DNA of 64,000 bases from Planctomycetota bacterium. Its GTDB lineage: Bacteria; Planctomycetota; UBA1135; UBA2386. The translations under genes were made by a program, and so were the position numbers. Shown piece after piece: positions 46,962 to 56,852 of the stretch (positions are counted from its first letter, which is position 1; each line of letters starts with the position of its first letter). Where the stretch lies: assembly GCA_947501605.1 (NCBI GenBank), contig CANMWZ010000005.1:32001-96000 (forward strand). Direction: 5' to 3'. The notes under the pieces were generated by a model. The model did no database searches, was not told the origin of the DNA, and saw only the letters and a list, made by a program, of their open reading frames with translations.

Positions 46962-49385
46962 ATGCGCATTCCTGCCGCGACCGTGGTGGAACGTGAAGTG
47001 CCGGGCCGGATTTCGGCGAGTCTCCCGGTGGTTGCGAAGGCCGCGACGGTCAGGTGTAAGCACTGTGGCTTGGTTGTGTCGGAAGAACGGCGCAGTTCGC
47101 CCTTCTGCTGCGCCGGTTGCGAAGCGGTTGCCGGGCTTTTGCAGCAAGAGGGGCTGCAGCAGTTCTACCTACTTGGCGGTGGATCACTCGGGTCTGTCGG
47201 CTCAGTGCCTCGCAAAGCAGTGCTCGACTGGTTGCCCGAACAGGAGCAGAAGCATCGACTCGCGGACGGCACCGTGTGTCTGCCGCTCGATGTGCAAGGG
47301 CTGCGCTGCGCTGCTTGCGTCTGGTTGCTGCAAGAAGTCTGGAAGCGGCAGGTCGGCGCGCTCGCCTTGCGTGTCGATCCGTCGATGGGGCGCGCGCTCT
47401 TGGTGTATCGGAGCGAACACGGGACTGCTGGTGCGTTCCTCGAACGCACCGCCCGCCTCGGCTACCCGATGGCTCCGGCGACGCGGACGATGCAGCGCGA
47501 CACATCGCTGTTGCTGCGCCTAGGCATCTGCTCCGCGCTCGCGATGAACGCGATGATCCTGGCGGTGTCGCAGTACTGCGGTCTCGGCGAATCGGACCCG
47601 GCACTCGACCGCTTGTTCTCGTGGGTGGCACTCGCGCTGGCGACGGGCAGCGTCGTTGTGGGCGGCCCGGTGTTCTTCAAGGCGGCGATCTCTGGCCTGC
47701 GTACGGGTGTCGTGCACATGGACTTGCCGATTTCGCTCGGCCTCTTGCTCGCCTACGCCGGTTCGATCCACGGGCAGTTCACCGGCACCGCGATGTACTA
47801 CGACACGGTGGCGATGTTCACCGCGTTGATGCTCGGCGGGCGCTTCTTGCAGCAGCGTTCGCTGCAGCGCGGTCGCGACCAGGTCCTGGCCGACGACGGT
47901 GCTGAGCACTTGCGCGTGCGACGACTCGAACACGGCTCGATCGAGAGCTGCAAGGTCACTGCGGTCGAGGTCGGCGACGAACTCGTCCTCGCGCCGGGCG
48001 ACCTCGTGCCGGTGCGGTGCAGGCTGCTGACCGAGGCGAGCTGTTCGCTCGATTGGATCAACGGCGAATCGGAGCCGCGAGCGTTTGCCGCCAACGATTC
48101 CGTGCCGGCCGGGGCCTTCGTCGCCAGTCGCCGAGCCGTGCGCATGGTCGCCGAAGCGACCTACCTGGACTCGGGTTTGGCCGAACTGCTGTCGCAGCCA
48201 CCGCCCGATCGCGAGGACCCGCATGGTCGCGTGCGCTTCTGGCAGCGCCTCGCGCGCAGCTATGTCCTCGGCGTCCTGCTGCTGGCGGCTCTCGCGGCGG
48301 CCATGTGGTCTTGGATCGACCCGCAGCGGTCGCTCCCGGTCGCGATCTCGCTGTTGGTCATCACCTGTCCGTGCGCGTTCGGGCTCGCCGCGCCGCTGGC
48401 GTTCCATCTGGCGCTTTCTGGCCTGCGGCGGCAGGGCATCTTCGTTCGAACGCGCAGCTTGCTCGACAAGCTGGCGCGCGTACGAAAGGTCGTCTTCGAC
48501 AAGACCGGCACCGTGACGCACGGCGGCCTGAGTGCGAAGGTGGTGCAGCCGGCAGTGGGCTCCTGGCGTTCCGTGCTCCTGACCATGGCGGCGTCGAGCA
48601 ACCACCCGGCGAGCCAAGCGGTGCTGCAGGCGATGGCCAGCGAAGCGGCGCACGCGGGCACCGTCTTCGATGGCGGACTCCTGGTGGAGGAGATCCCAGG
48701 CGGAGGCTTGCAGGCGGAGGTCGCGGGTCGCGTCGTGCGCCTCGGGAGCCCCTCGTTCACGGGCATTGGGCCGATCAGCGAAGCGGGGCGGGAGTGCGTC
48801 CTGGCCAGCGCTGGCGAAGTCCTCGCTCGCTACGTGCTCGAGGAGGACTTCCGCATCGGGGTGCGCGAAGAGGTCGCGATGTTGCGGGCGCGCGGACTGC
48901 AGGTGCATCTGCTCTCTGGCGATCGCAAGGACCGGGTGGCGACCGCAGCGCATCAGCTCGGGATCGATGCTGCCGCGGCGCATGGCGAAATGGCGCCCGA
49001 GCAGAAGGCCGCGTTCGTGCGCGCACTCGACGACGACGACACGCTGATGGTCGGCGATGGCATCAACGATGCGCCTGCCTTCGCGGCGGCGTTCTGCGCC
49101 GGCACGCCGGCGATGGACCGGCCGGTGCTGCCGCATCGGGCCGACTTCTTCTTTCGCGGCGCCAATGCCGGCGCGGTCTCGGCGGTGCTTGCGCTCGCGG
49201 ATCGCTACCGCAAGGTCACGCGCACCAATCTCGCACTGGCGCTGCTCTACAACACGTCCACCGTGGTGCTCGCCTTCACTGGCCACATCACGCCGCTCGC
49301 TTGCGCGGTCCTGATGCCGCTCAGCTCCATTGCGCTGATCGCGCTCACGTCGGCGCGCCTTGCGCACGAAGGCGGTCGCCGATGA
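46962..49385 (+). CDS. ccoI: P1B-type Cu-transporting ATPase CcoI/FixI (start uncertain)
   Basis: Motifs CKHC..FCCAGC, CAAC, CPC, DKTGT, HP, GDGIND and YN. Confidence 0.9.
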   Translation: MRIPAATVVEREVPGRISASLPVVAKAATVRCKHCGLVVSEERRSSPFCCAGCEAVAGLLQQEGLQQFYLLGGGSLGSVGSVPRKAVLDWLPEQEQKHRLADGTVCLPLDVQGLRCAACVWLLQEVWKRQVGALALRVDPSMGRALLVYRSEHGTAGAFLERTARLGYPMAPATRTMQRDTSLLLRLGICSALAMNAMILAVSQYCGLGESDPALDRLFSWVALALATGSVVVGGPVFFKAAISGLRTGVVHMDLPISLGLLLAYAGSIHGQFTGTAMYYDTVAMFTALMLGGRFLQQRSLQRGRDQVLADDGAEHLRVRRLEHGSIESCKVTAVEVGDELVLAPGDLVPVRCRLLTEASCSLDWINGESEPRAFAANDSVPAGAFVASRRAVRMVAEATYLDSGLAELLSQPPPDREDPHGRVRFWQRLARSYVLGVLLLAALAAAMWSWIDPQRSLPVAISLLVITCPCAFGLAAPLAFHLALSGLRRQGIFVRTRSLLDKLARVRKVVFDKTGTVTHGGLSAKVVQPAVGSWRSVLLTMAASSNHPASQAVLQAMASEAAHAGTVFDGGLLVEEIPGGGLQAEVAGRVVRLGSPSFTGIGPISEAGRECVLASAGEVLARYVLEEDFRIGVREEVAMLRARGLQVHLLSGDRKDRVATAAHQLGIDAAAAHGEMAPEQKAAFVRALDDDDTLMVGDGINDAPAFAAAFCAGTPAMDRPVLPHRADFFFRGANAGAVSAVLALADRYRKVTRTNLALALLYNTSTVVLAFTGHITPLACAVLMPLSSIALIALTSARLAHEGGRR

Positions 49386-49579
49386 GCGTCGTCCCTGTTC
49401 TGCTCTTCTGCAGCTTGGTGCTCGTGGCCTGCTCGCTCGTCTTGTTCGTGGTCTCGGCGCGGCAGGGGGACTGCCACGAGTCGGACCGCATGTGCCTCTT
49501 GCCGCTCGAGGACGATTGCGCTGCTGCGCCGACTGTCGCGAGCCAAACCGTCATTCCTGTTTCGGAGAACGTTTCATGA
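49382..49579 (+). CDS. ccoS: cbb3 oxidase assembly protein CcoS
   Basis: Single TM followed by ..RQGD...LLPLEDD; lies between ccoI and ccoN. Confidence 0.75.
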   Translation: MSVVPVLLFCSLVLVACSLVLFVVSARQGDCHESDRMCLLPLEDDCAAAPTVASQTVIPVSENVS

Positions 49580-51957
49580 TTTCGTCGACCGTGACCGAGA
49601 CCAAGACGATCGTCTACGACGACGCCGTCGTGAGGGGCTTCGTCTGGGCGTCCGTAGGCTGGGGCATCATCGGCCTCTTGGTCGGACTGCTGTGCGCGCT
49701 GCAACTCAGCTGGCCCGAACTGAACTTCGACCTGCCGTGGCTGACGTTCAGTCGCATTCGCCCGCTGCACACCAACGCGGTGGTCTTCGCCCTGGTCGGC
49801 AACATGATGTTTGCCGGCGTCTATCACAGCTCGCAGCGCTTGTTGAAGACGCGCATGGCGAGCGATCTGCTCAGCAGGGTGCACCTGTGGGGCTGGCAGT
49901 TGATCATCGTCGGCGCGGCTCTGACCCTTCCTTTTGGTATCACGCAGGGCAAGGAGTATGCGGAGCTCGAGTGGTTTCTCGACATCCTTGTCGTCGTGGT
50001 CTGGGTTGCGTTCGCGAGCAACTACTTCTGGACCCTCGGGATCAGGAACGAAAAGAACCTCTATGTGAGCATCTGGTTCTATATCTCGACGGTGATCACC
50101 ATCGCGGTGCTCTACATCGTCAACAACCTCGCGGTGCCCGTGACGGGCACAAAGAGCTACGGCGTGTTCAGCGGCGCGCAAGACGCGCTCACACAGTGGT
50201 GGTACGGGCACAACGCCGTCGCGTTCTTCCTGACGACTCCGATCCTCGGGATCATGTACTACTATCTGCCGAAGGCGGCGGACCGACCGGTGTACAGCTA
50301 CCGGCTTTCGATCGTGCACTTCTGGGCCTTGGTGTTTCTCTACATCTGGGCTGGCCCGCACCACTTGCTCAACACCGCGTTGCCGGAGTGGGCACAGTCG
50401 CTCGGCATGCTGTTCAGCCTGATGCTCTGGGCGCCGTCCTGGGGCGGCATGTTGAACGGGCTGCTGACGCTGCGGGGTGCCTGGGACAAGGTCCGCACCG
50501 ATCCGGTTCTGAAGTTCTTCGTCGCTGGCGTGACGTTCTATGGGATGGCGACCTTCGAGGGGCCGCTGCTCTCGATCAGGGCCGTCAGCGCGCTCGGTCA
50601 CTACACCGATTGGATCATCGGCCATGTGCACAGTGGTGCGCTCGGCTGGAATGGCTTCATGGCCGCTGGACTGTTCTATTGGCTGGTGCCCCGCCTCTAT
50701 GGCACGAAGCTGCACAGCACGAAGCTCGCTGACTTGCACTTCTGGCTCGGCACTGCAGGGATCCTGCTCTACGTCGCATCGATGTGGGTTGCAGGCATCA
50801 CTCAGGGCCTCATGTGGCGAGCTGAGACACCGGATGGCGGCCTCATGTATCCCAATTGGGCGGAGATCGTCGTCAAGTCGCGCGAGATGTATGCGATCCG
50901 CTGGTTTGGCGGCACGCTGTTCCTCGTGGGCTGGATCCTGATGGCCTACAACCTCGTCTGCACCGCGGTGTCGGGGAAGGCGGCCACGGTGTCGACCGAG
51001 GTCACGGTGTTGCGCCACGGAGTTGCGGTCGGCGAGCCGTCGACCTGGGGCATCCTGACCAGTCGACCGGTGATCCTGTCGGTGCTCGGGCTCGCGTCGG
51101 CCACGATGTTCGCGCTCGACAATGTCGGAGCGGCAGTGGTGGGCCTGATTGCGACTGGCGTCGTGCTCATTGGCAGTGGGATGTTGCTCGCCCGCACGAC
51201 AGCGAAGGGCAATCACAGTTGGCACGACTTGATCGAGCGGCGGCCGCTCGCGTTCTGCCTGCTGACGCTGGTGGCGGTGTTGGTGGGCGGCCTCATCGAA
51301 TTGCTGCCGGGCCTCGTGCTCGACAAAGAAGTGCCAATGACCGCGCAGGGCGAAATGTGTGTCAAGCCGTACACGGCGCTCGAACTGACCGGTCGCGACC
51401 TCTACGTCCGCGAGGGTTGCTATGTCTGCCACAGCCAGATGATCCGCCCGTTCCGCAGCGAGCAGTTGCGCTACGGCCCGCCGAGCCGCCTCGAAGAGTC
51501 GATGTGGGACCATCCGTTCCAGTGGGGCAGTAAGCGCACTGGACCTGACCTTGCCCGGGTCGGTCAGAAGGGGCTCACCGAGTCGTGGCACTGGCAGCAT
51601 CACAGCGCCCCGCGGTCGATGGTGCCCGAGTCGAACATGCCGAACTACGTGTGGCTCTACGACCAGAGCGCGAGTGTCGAAGTGGCTGCCGACAAGATGC
51701 GCGTGCTCAAGAAACTCGGTGTGCCCTACACCGACCAGGAGATCGCGAATGCCGCAGTCGACTACCGAACCCAGGCTTCGATGATCGTCGACAATCTGGT
51801 GCGTCAGGGTGTCGTCATCGCGAAGAGCGGTCAAGACCAAGCACAGGCCAAGGAGGAGGTCCGCGATCTCGAGATCACGGCGCTCATCGCCTACCTCATG
51901 CGCCTTGGCAAGAACCTCGAACCGGCGGCTCGCGTCGTCGACACGGGAGGCCGCTGA
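49576..51957 (+). CDS. ccoNO: cbb3-type cytochrome c oxidase fused subunit I/II (CcoN-CcoO)
   Basis: CcoN motifs RPLHTN, QWWYGHNAVAF, WAGPHH and GHVHSG; CcoO motifs EGCYVCHSQMIRP, WGSKRTGPDL and SNMP. Confidence 0.95.
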   Translation: MISSTVTETKTIVYDDAVVRGFVWASVGWGIIGLLVGLLCALQLSWPELNFDLPWLTFSRIRPLHTNAVVFALVGNMMFAGVYHSSQRLLKTRMASDLLSRVHLWGWQLIIVGAALTLPFGITQGKEYAELEWFLDILVVVVWVAFASNYFWTLGIRNEKNLYVSIWFYISTVITIAVLYIVNNLAVPVTGTKSYGVFSGAQDALTQWWYGHNAVAFFLTTPILGIMYYYLPKAADRPVYSYRLSIVHFWALVFLYIWAGPHHLLNTALPEWAQSLGMLFSLMLWAPSWGGMLNGLLTLRGAWDKVRTDPVLKFFVAGVTFYGMATFEGPLLSIRAVSALGHYTDWIIGHVHSGALGWNGFMAAGLFYWLVPRLYGTKLHSTKLADLHFWLGTAGILLYVASMWVAGITQGLMWRAETPDGGLMYPNWAEIVVKSREMYAIRWFGGTLFLVGWILMAYNLVCTAVSGKAATVSTEVTVLRHGVAVGEPSTWGILTSRPVILSVLGLASATMFALDNVGAAVVGLIATGVVLIGSGMLLARTTAKGNHSWHDLIERRPLAFCLLTLVAVLVGGLIELLPGLVLDKEVPMTAQGEMCVKPYTALELTGRDLYVREGCYVCHSQMIRPFRSEQLRYGPPSRLEESMWDHPFQWGSKRTGPDLARVGQKGLTESWHWQHHSAPRSMVPESNMPNYVWLYDQSASVEVAADKMRVLKKLGVPYTDQEIANAAVDYRTQASMIVDNLVRQGVVIAKSGQDQAQAKEEVRDLEITALIAYLMRLGKNLEPAARVVDTGGR

Positions 51958-52139
51958 TGTTGCGACAATGGTTGTCCGGTGCCTCGCTGCTCGACCTCCC
52001 GGTGGTCGCGATGTGCCTGTTCCTCTTCATCTTCCTTGGGGTGTTGTGGCGCGTACTGCGGCGTGACACCAAACCTGGCTACGACCGCATGGCATGCTTG
52101 CCGCTGCAGGATGACGTGGCCAACAGGAGCCTGTCATGA
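51957..52139 (+). CDS. ccoQ: cbb3 oxidase subunit CcoQ
   Basis: One TM plus YDRMACLPLQDD; gene position. Confidence 0.75.
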   Translation: MLRQWLSGASLLDLPVVAMCLFLFIFLGVLWRVLRRDTKPGYDRMACLPLQDDVANRSLS

Positions 52140-52723
52140 CTACTGGTGAACTGCGCGAACACGCGTTCGATGGCATTCAGGAGTTCGACAACCGTCTGCC
52201 CAACTGGTGGCTCTGGACGTTCTACTCCGCGTGCCTGTTCTCGATTGGCTACTGGATCTGGTTCCACACGCTCGGGGTCGGCGAATTGCCACCCGAGGCC
52301 TACATGACCGAGCAGCGCGCAGCGGCCGCGGTGATCGAGGCCGAGGCCGCCAAGAACCCCGTCACCGAGGCATCCCTCAACAAGTTGGCCAGCGAGCCTG
52401 CCGTCGTTGCTGAGGGCGAGAAGATCTTCAAGACCGCGAGTCTCTGTGCGCAATGCCACGGTCCGGACGCCAACGGCATGGTCGGTGGCGTCAACGGCGT
52501 GGGCCCGAACTTGACCGACAACCGCTGGATCCACGGCGGTTCGGCAATGGAGATCTACCGCACGATCAGCGATGGTTGGCCGGAGAAGGGCATGGCATCG
52601 TGGAAGGGCTTTGGCCCGATGTTCGTGCAGCGCTCCACCGCCTACGTGCTGTCGCTGCGTGGCAAGAACCTGCCGGGGAAGCCACCGGAAGAGGGTGCCA
52701 CGGAGTACGCCGGCGGGAAGTGA
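52136..52723 (+). CDS. ccoP: cbb3 oxidase subunit III CcoP (monohaem)
   Basis: HAFDGIQEFDNRLPNWW; single CAQCH; GPNLTD..W.HG. Confidence 0.9.
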   Translation: MTTGELREHAFDGIQEFDNRLPNWWLWTFYSACLFSIGYWIWFHTLGVGELPPEAYMTEQRAAAAVIEAEAAKNPVTEASLNKLASEPAVVAEGEKIFKTASLCAQCHGPDANGMVGGVNGVGPNLTDNRWIHGGSAMEIYRTISDGWPEKGMASWKGFGPMFVQRSTAYVLSLRGKNLPGKPPEEGATEYAGGK

Positions 52724-52772
52724 GGACTGCGACCGAAAGTCGTCCGGATCCAGTGGCGTTCGTCGATCGAAC

Positions 52773-54266
52773 ATGACCAGCGAGCAGGAGCCCTCAGCGC
52801 GGCAGAGTTCTGACTCTGGAACGGTGCCGCGTCCGACGGTGAAGACGGCCGTCGGCCGCGCACGTCGCCCCGACCTCGACACGCTGTTCAGCATCAACGA
52901 GGACGGTTCGCGCAATGCGATCCAACCAGCGGATTGCAGCGGGCGCTTTCAGCAGCGAAAGCAGGCGTTGTGGTACGTGCTCATCGGTGTCTACCTGCTG
53001 ATGCCGTGGGTCCGCATCGACGGCTACCCGGCCATCCTGATCGACATCGCGCGCCGCCATTTCCATCTGTTCGGACACACGTTCAACGCCCAGGACTTCT
53101 GGCTGGCGTTCTTCTTCGTCAGCGGCCTTGGCTTCACGTTGTTCGTGGTCGCGGCGTTGTGGGGCCGACTCTGGTGTGGCTACGCCTGCCCACAGACCGT
53201 CTTTCTCGAAGGCGTCTTCCGCCGCATCGAACGGCTGCTCGAAGGCAACGCGCCGGCGCGTGTGCGCCTGGACAAGAGCAGTCTGAATGCTCCGAAGTTG
53301 CTGCGTCGCGGCGCCAAGTTCACGATCTACCTAGCGATCTCGCTGGTCATCGCGCACTCGCTATTGGGCTACTTCATGCCCGTCGAGGAGGTTGTCGCCG
53401 CGATGACGTCGGCGCCGGGTGAGCATCTGACTGCCTTCGTGTTCGTGTGGGCGTTGACCGCGATCGTCTTCGTCAACTTCACGTGGTTTCGCGAACAGAC
53501 CTGCATCGTCGTTTGTCCCTACGGGCGCCTGCAAGGCGCGCTCTACGATCAAGACACGTTGCTCGTCGGTTACGACGAGAAGCGCGGCGAGCCACGTGGC
53601 CGAGCGGGCACGGAGAGTGCCGGCGATTGCATCGAGTGCTTCCGCTGCGTCGCGGTCTGCCCGACCGGCATCGATATTCGCAACGGCACCCAGATGGAGT
53701 GTGTCGGCTGCGCCAACTGCATCGACGCGTGTGATGACGTGATGACCAGGCTGGGCCGCGACCGTGGCCTGGTGCGCTACGACACGCAGCGCGGGTTCGA
53801 AACCGGGCGTCGGAAGTTCTGGCGGCCGCGCGTCTTTGCCTATGCGTTCTTGTGCCTGTTGGGCAGCGCGGTGTTTGCCCGCTCGGCGCTTCGCCGCACG
53901 CCGTTTGAGGCCAACGTCATCCGGCCACCTGGCTCGGCCTTCGTGGTCGAAGATGGCAGGTTGCAGAACCTCATGCAGTTGCACCTGGTCAACAAGCTGC
54001 CGACCACGGCAGTCTTTCGCGTCACGGCAGAAGGCCCGGACGGCAGTGACATCACCATTTCGCAGAGCGAACTGCTGCTCGAGAGCCTGCATGACCAGCG
54101 GATCCCGGTGGTCGTGCAGATGCCGGTGAGTGCGTTTGTCGAGGGCGCGGAGATCACGTTGCGCGTGCGCGCTGAGAGCCAGGGCGCGGCCGGATCCGAC
54201 CAGCTGCCGGCGTCGATCGAGATGGTCACCAAGGCCGCGATCCTAGGACCGAGGCAGCGCCGGTAG
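52773..54266 (+). CDS. ccoG: cbb3 accessory protein CcoG/FixG
   Basis: Motifs GRLWCGYACPQT, CIVVCPY, CIECFRCVAVCP and CVGCANCIDAC. Confidence 0.93.
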   Translation: MTSEQEPSARQSSDSGTVPRPTVKTAVGRARRPDLDTLFSINEDGSRNAIQPADCSGRFQQRKQALWYVLIGVYLLMPWVRIDGYPAILIDIARRHFHLFGHTFNAQDFWLAFFFVSGLGFTLFVVAALWGRLWCGYACPQTVFLEGVFRRIERLLEGNAPARVRLDKSSLNAPKLLRRGAKFTIYLAISLVIAHSLLGYFMPVEEVVAAMTSAPGEHLTAFVFVWALTAIVFVNFTWFREQTCIVVCPYGRLQGALYDQDTLLVGYDEKRGEPRGRAGTESAGDCIECFRCVAVCPTGIDIRNGTQMECVGCANCIDACDDVMTRLGRDRGLVRYDTQRGFETGRRKFWRPRVFAYAFLCLLGSAVFARSALRRTPFEANVIRPPGSAFVVEDGRLQNLMQLHLVNKLPTTAVFRVTAEGPDGSDITISQSELLLESLHDQRIPVVVQMPVSAFVEGAEITLRVRAESQGAAGSDQLPASIEMVTKAAILGPRQRR

Positions 54267-54393
54267 TTGCGGCCGACCGGGGCGGGGCCGATCGGTGCGG
54301 GCCGGGGGTAGACCCCCGTTGCATCGCGCCACCGCCCAGGCTACCTTGCTCCGCCCTTTCCGCCAGAACCGCCGCAAGAACGGATCCGTCCGC

Positions 54394-54615
54394 ATGGAAC
54401 AGAGCCTCCCGCAAGAGTTGGTCAAGCAGGTCGCCGGCTCATTCCGGCTAACCACCCTGCTGCAAAAGCGCGTGCGTGAATTGGTCCGCGGCCAGAAGCC
54501 GTTGTTCGAGACGCGAGAGCGCAACTACATCAAGATCGCCAGCGAGGAGCTGAAGCGCGGCTTGATCGAGCTGGTCCCCGACGAGGAAGCAAACCAGCAG
54601 TTGCCCGAACTGTGA
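54394..54615 (+). CDS. rpoZ: RNA polymerase omega subunit
   Basis: KQVAGSFRLTTLLQKRVREL..G.KPL...IASEEL..G.I. Confidence 0.8.
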   Translation: MEQSLPQELVKQVAGSFRLTTLLQKRVRELVRGQKPLFETRERNYIKIASEELKRGLIELVPDEEANQQLPEL

Positions 54616-54905
54616 CCGCCCCCCGCTGACGAAATCGTCGTTGCCCCTGCGGGGTGGCGTTCGCAGCGCGGCACCCGTCCCGCCCGCCTGCCAGTTGCGT
54701 GTGCCGCTCCAAGGGCGCCTGCGGTGCCCGAGCCCACTGGGCAGAAGCGGCAGCTAGGAGCGAGCCAACGGCGACGGCGAATTGAGACCGCTGCGCCGCG
54801 CCTCTCGTTACCTGTCGGCTTCCGTCCCAGGATGAGACCAGCGTGGGACCGCTCGGACCAAACCCCGACCACAGCGCGACGGGGCCGACTGCCGATATCG
54901 GGCAC

Positions 54906-55862
54906 ATGCATGCGCGCATCCGCCTGACCTTTGCTCCGGCCTTCTGGCTCCTGACTGCGCTCCTGCCTGCTCAGCAGGTCGGGACCAAGCCAAAGCCGAC
55001 GCCGTCCCCAGGCACGCAAAAGCCGATCGTTCCGGATGCGCCGAAGCCGGCGACCGAACCGATCAAGCCCACGACGCCGGTCGTCAGCGGTGAAGCGCCA
55101 ATGGACCGCGAGCTCGACGCCATGCGCCAGCAGCTTGTCGACGGCCGCGTCTTCCGCAGTCACGTCCGGGTGACCGTTCGCCTGAAGAACGGCAATCGCG
55201 TGAACGGCGTCGTCAAGGATGGCTTCGTCATCGAGCGCATCGATGGCATGCGCTTCGTTGGCGCTGAGGCCAGCGAAGAAGGAGCTGGCGTCCGCATCTA
55301 CACCTACAACGGCCGGCGCAACTACATCTTCATTGCCTTTGGCGAGATGGAGGAGTACCGGATCAACGCGCGACTCGACACGCAAGAGCTGGCCCTGTTC
55401 GAGCGCAAGGTGCGCGATGACGAGCAAGCAAGGCTGAAGCAACGTGCCGCGGTGGAAGGCTCACCGGCGGTGCCCGCGGTCGAGGGCGAGACCGCGCCCG
55501 ATTCGCTCCCGGTCGACCCGGCGCCAGCCGCCGAGCCAACGCCGACCACGGAGCCGATCGCGGCCACCGAGGCGCCGAAGGCTAAGCCGCCGTCGGTCAC
55601 CGACGAGCTGCAGGCCATGTTCACGCTGCTGCAGGACTACCCGCCTGCCGACGGTTGGAACGCGCAGAAGCGGGATGAGATCGCGCGCCGCAAGGCCGTG
55701 GTCGGCGCCAACCCGAGCGCGAAGGAACAGAAGTTCGTCGATTCCTTCGGTGCGTGGGAGCGGGCGTGCGCGGTCCTCGGTTCCAAGACCGAGGCGAAAG
55801 AGGCGCCGGCTGCTACCGAGTCGGCGGAGAAGAGCTCGCGCCGCGGCAAGAAGAACCGCTGA
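54906..55862 (+). CDS. Hypothetical secreted protein with Pro-rich linkers
   Basis: Signal peptide; VRLKNGNRVNG beta domain; typical codon usage. Confidence 0.7.
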   Translation: MHARIRLTFAPAFWLLTALLPAQQVGTKPKPTPSPGTQKPIVPDAPKPATEPIKPTTPVVSGEAPMDRELDAMRQQLVDGRVFRSHVRVTVRLKNGNRVNGVVKDGFVIERIDGMRFVGAEASEEGAGVRIYTYNGRRNYIFIAFGEMEEYRINARLDTQELALFERKVRDDEQARLKQRAAVEGSPAVPAVEGETAPDSLPVDPAPAAEPTPTTEPIAATEAPKAKPPSVTDELQAMFTLLQDYPPADGWNAQKRDEIARRKAVVGANPSAKEQKFVDSFGAWERACAVLGSKTEAKEAPAATESAEKSSRRGKKNR

Positions 55863-55934
55863 TCGCAAGGGCGCGGCGGAATCCGTCCACTCGACGCTTG
55901 ATCGACCGGGCCGTGGCGCAGGAAGCTCTGCGCC

Positions 55935-56852
55935 ATGCAGCGCGCATTCCTGTTCACCGGTCAGGGCTCGCAGTTCGCGGGCATGGGCAAGGACCTCGCC
56001 GAACGCTTCCCCAAGGCCCGCGAGGTCTTCGCGGCCGCGGACGAGGCCCTCGGCGAGTCGATCTCCAAGACGTGCTTTGAGGGCCCTGAGGAGGCGCTTG
56101 GACTCACGACCAACACGCAGCCAGCGACGTTGACGGTTGCGATGGCCGCCTTCGCGGCACTCGGCCAGAAGCCGGATCTTGCGGCGGGGCACAGCCTTGG
56201 TGAGTACTCGGCGTTGTGCGCGGCCGGTGCCTTTCAGTTTGCCGATGCCGTGCGCCTGGTTCGCGAACGCGGCAAGCGCATGCAGTCCGCCGTCCCGGTC
56301 GGGACTGGCGGCATGGTCGTCATGCGCAAGATGGGCCTCGACGAGGTGAAGGACCTGGTTCAGAGGGTCGACGCGGGACTTTGTGAAATCGCCAACGTCA
56401 ACGAGCCAGAGCAGATCGTGGTCAGTGGTGCCATCGCAGCGATGGACCAGCTGGTTGCCCTGGCGCCGCCGCGCAAGGCGCTGAAACTCAACGTCAGCGT
56501 GCCGTTCCACTGCTCGATGCTCAAGGCGGCGGCTGTGGGCTTTGCCGAGGTCCTGGGGCGGGTCGCGATGAAGGACCTCGCCTTCCCGGTGTGGTGCAAT
56601 GTTGACGCCACGCCCAACACGACGGCGGCCGCAGCGCGCAACGCGCTCGAACGCCAGTTCGCCGGCGCTGTCCTGTGGCAACAGACAGTCGAAGGCATGC
56701 TCGCCGCCGGCGTGCGCCACTTCGTCGAGTGCGGCCCGAAGCCGACACTCGTCAACATGGTGAAGCGCATCGCACTCGGCAAGGGAATCGACGGCGTCGA
56801 GACGGTCGCGGCGACGAATGCCGCGGAGATCGAAGCGCTCGCAACCAAGTGA
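55935..56852 (+). CDS. fabD: Malonyl-CoA:ACP transacylase
   Basis: Motifs FTGQGSQ, TQPA, GHSLGEY and VSVPFH. Confidence 0.95.
   Translation: MQRAFLFTGQGSQFAGMGKDLAERFPKAREVFAAADEALGESISKTCFEGPEEALGLTTNTQPATLTVAMAAFAALGQKPDLAAGHSLGEYSALCAAGAFQFADAVRLVRERGKRMQSAVPVGTGGMVVMRKMGLDEVKDLVQRVDAGLCEIANVNEPEQIVVSGAIAAMDQLVALAPPRKALKLNVSVPFHCSMLKAAAVGFAEVLGRVAMKDLAFPVWCNVDATPNTTAAAARNALERQFAGAVLWQQTVEGMLAAGVRHFVECGPKPTLVNMVKRIALGKGIDGVETVAATNAAEIEALATK

Noticed and set aside
54616..54900. tRNA or ncRNA in the larger intergenic gaps (also 58768-59031)
   Set aside because: GC-rich hairpins only; no tRNA T-loop/D-loop signature or known RNA motif recognised.
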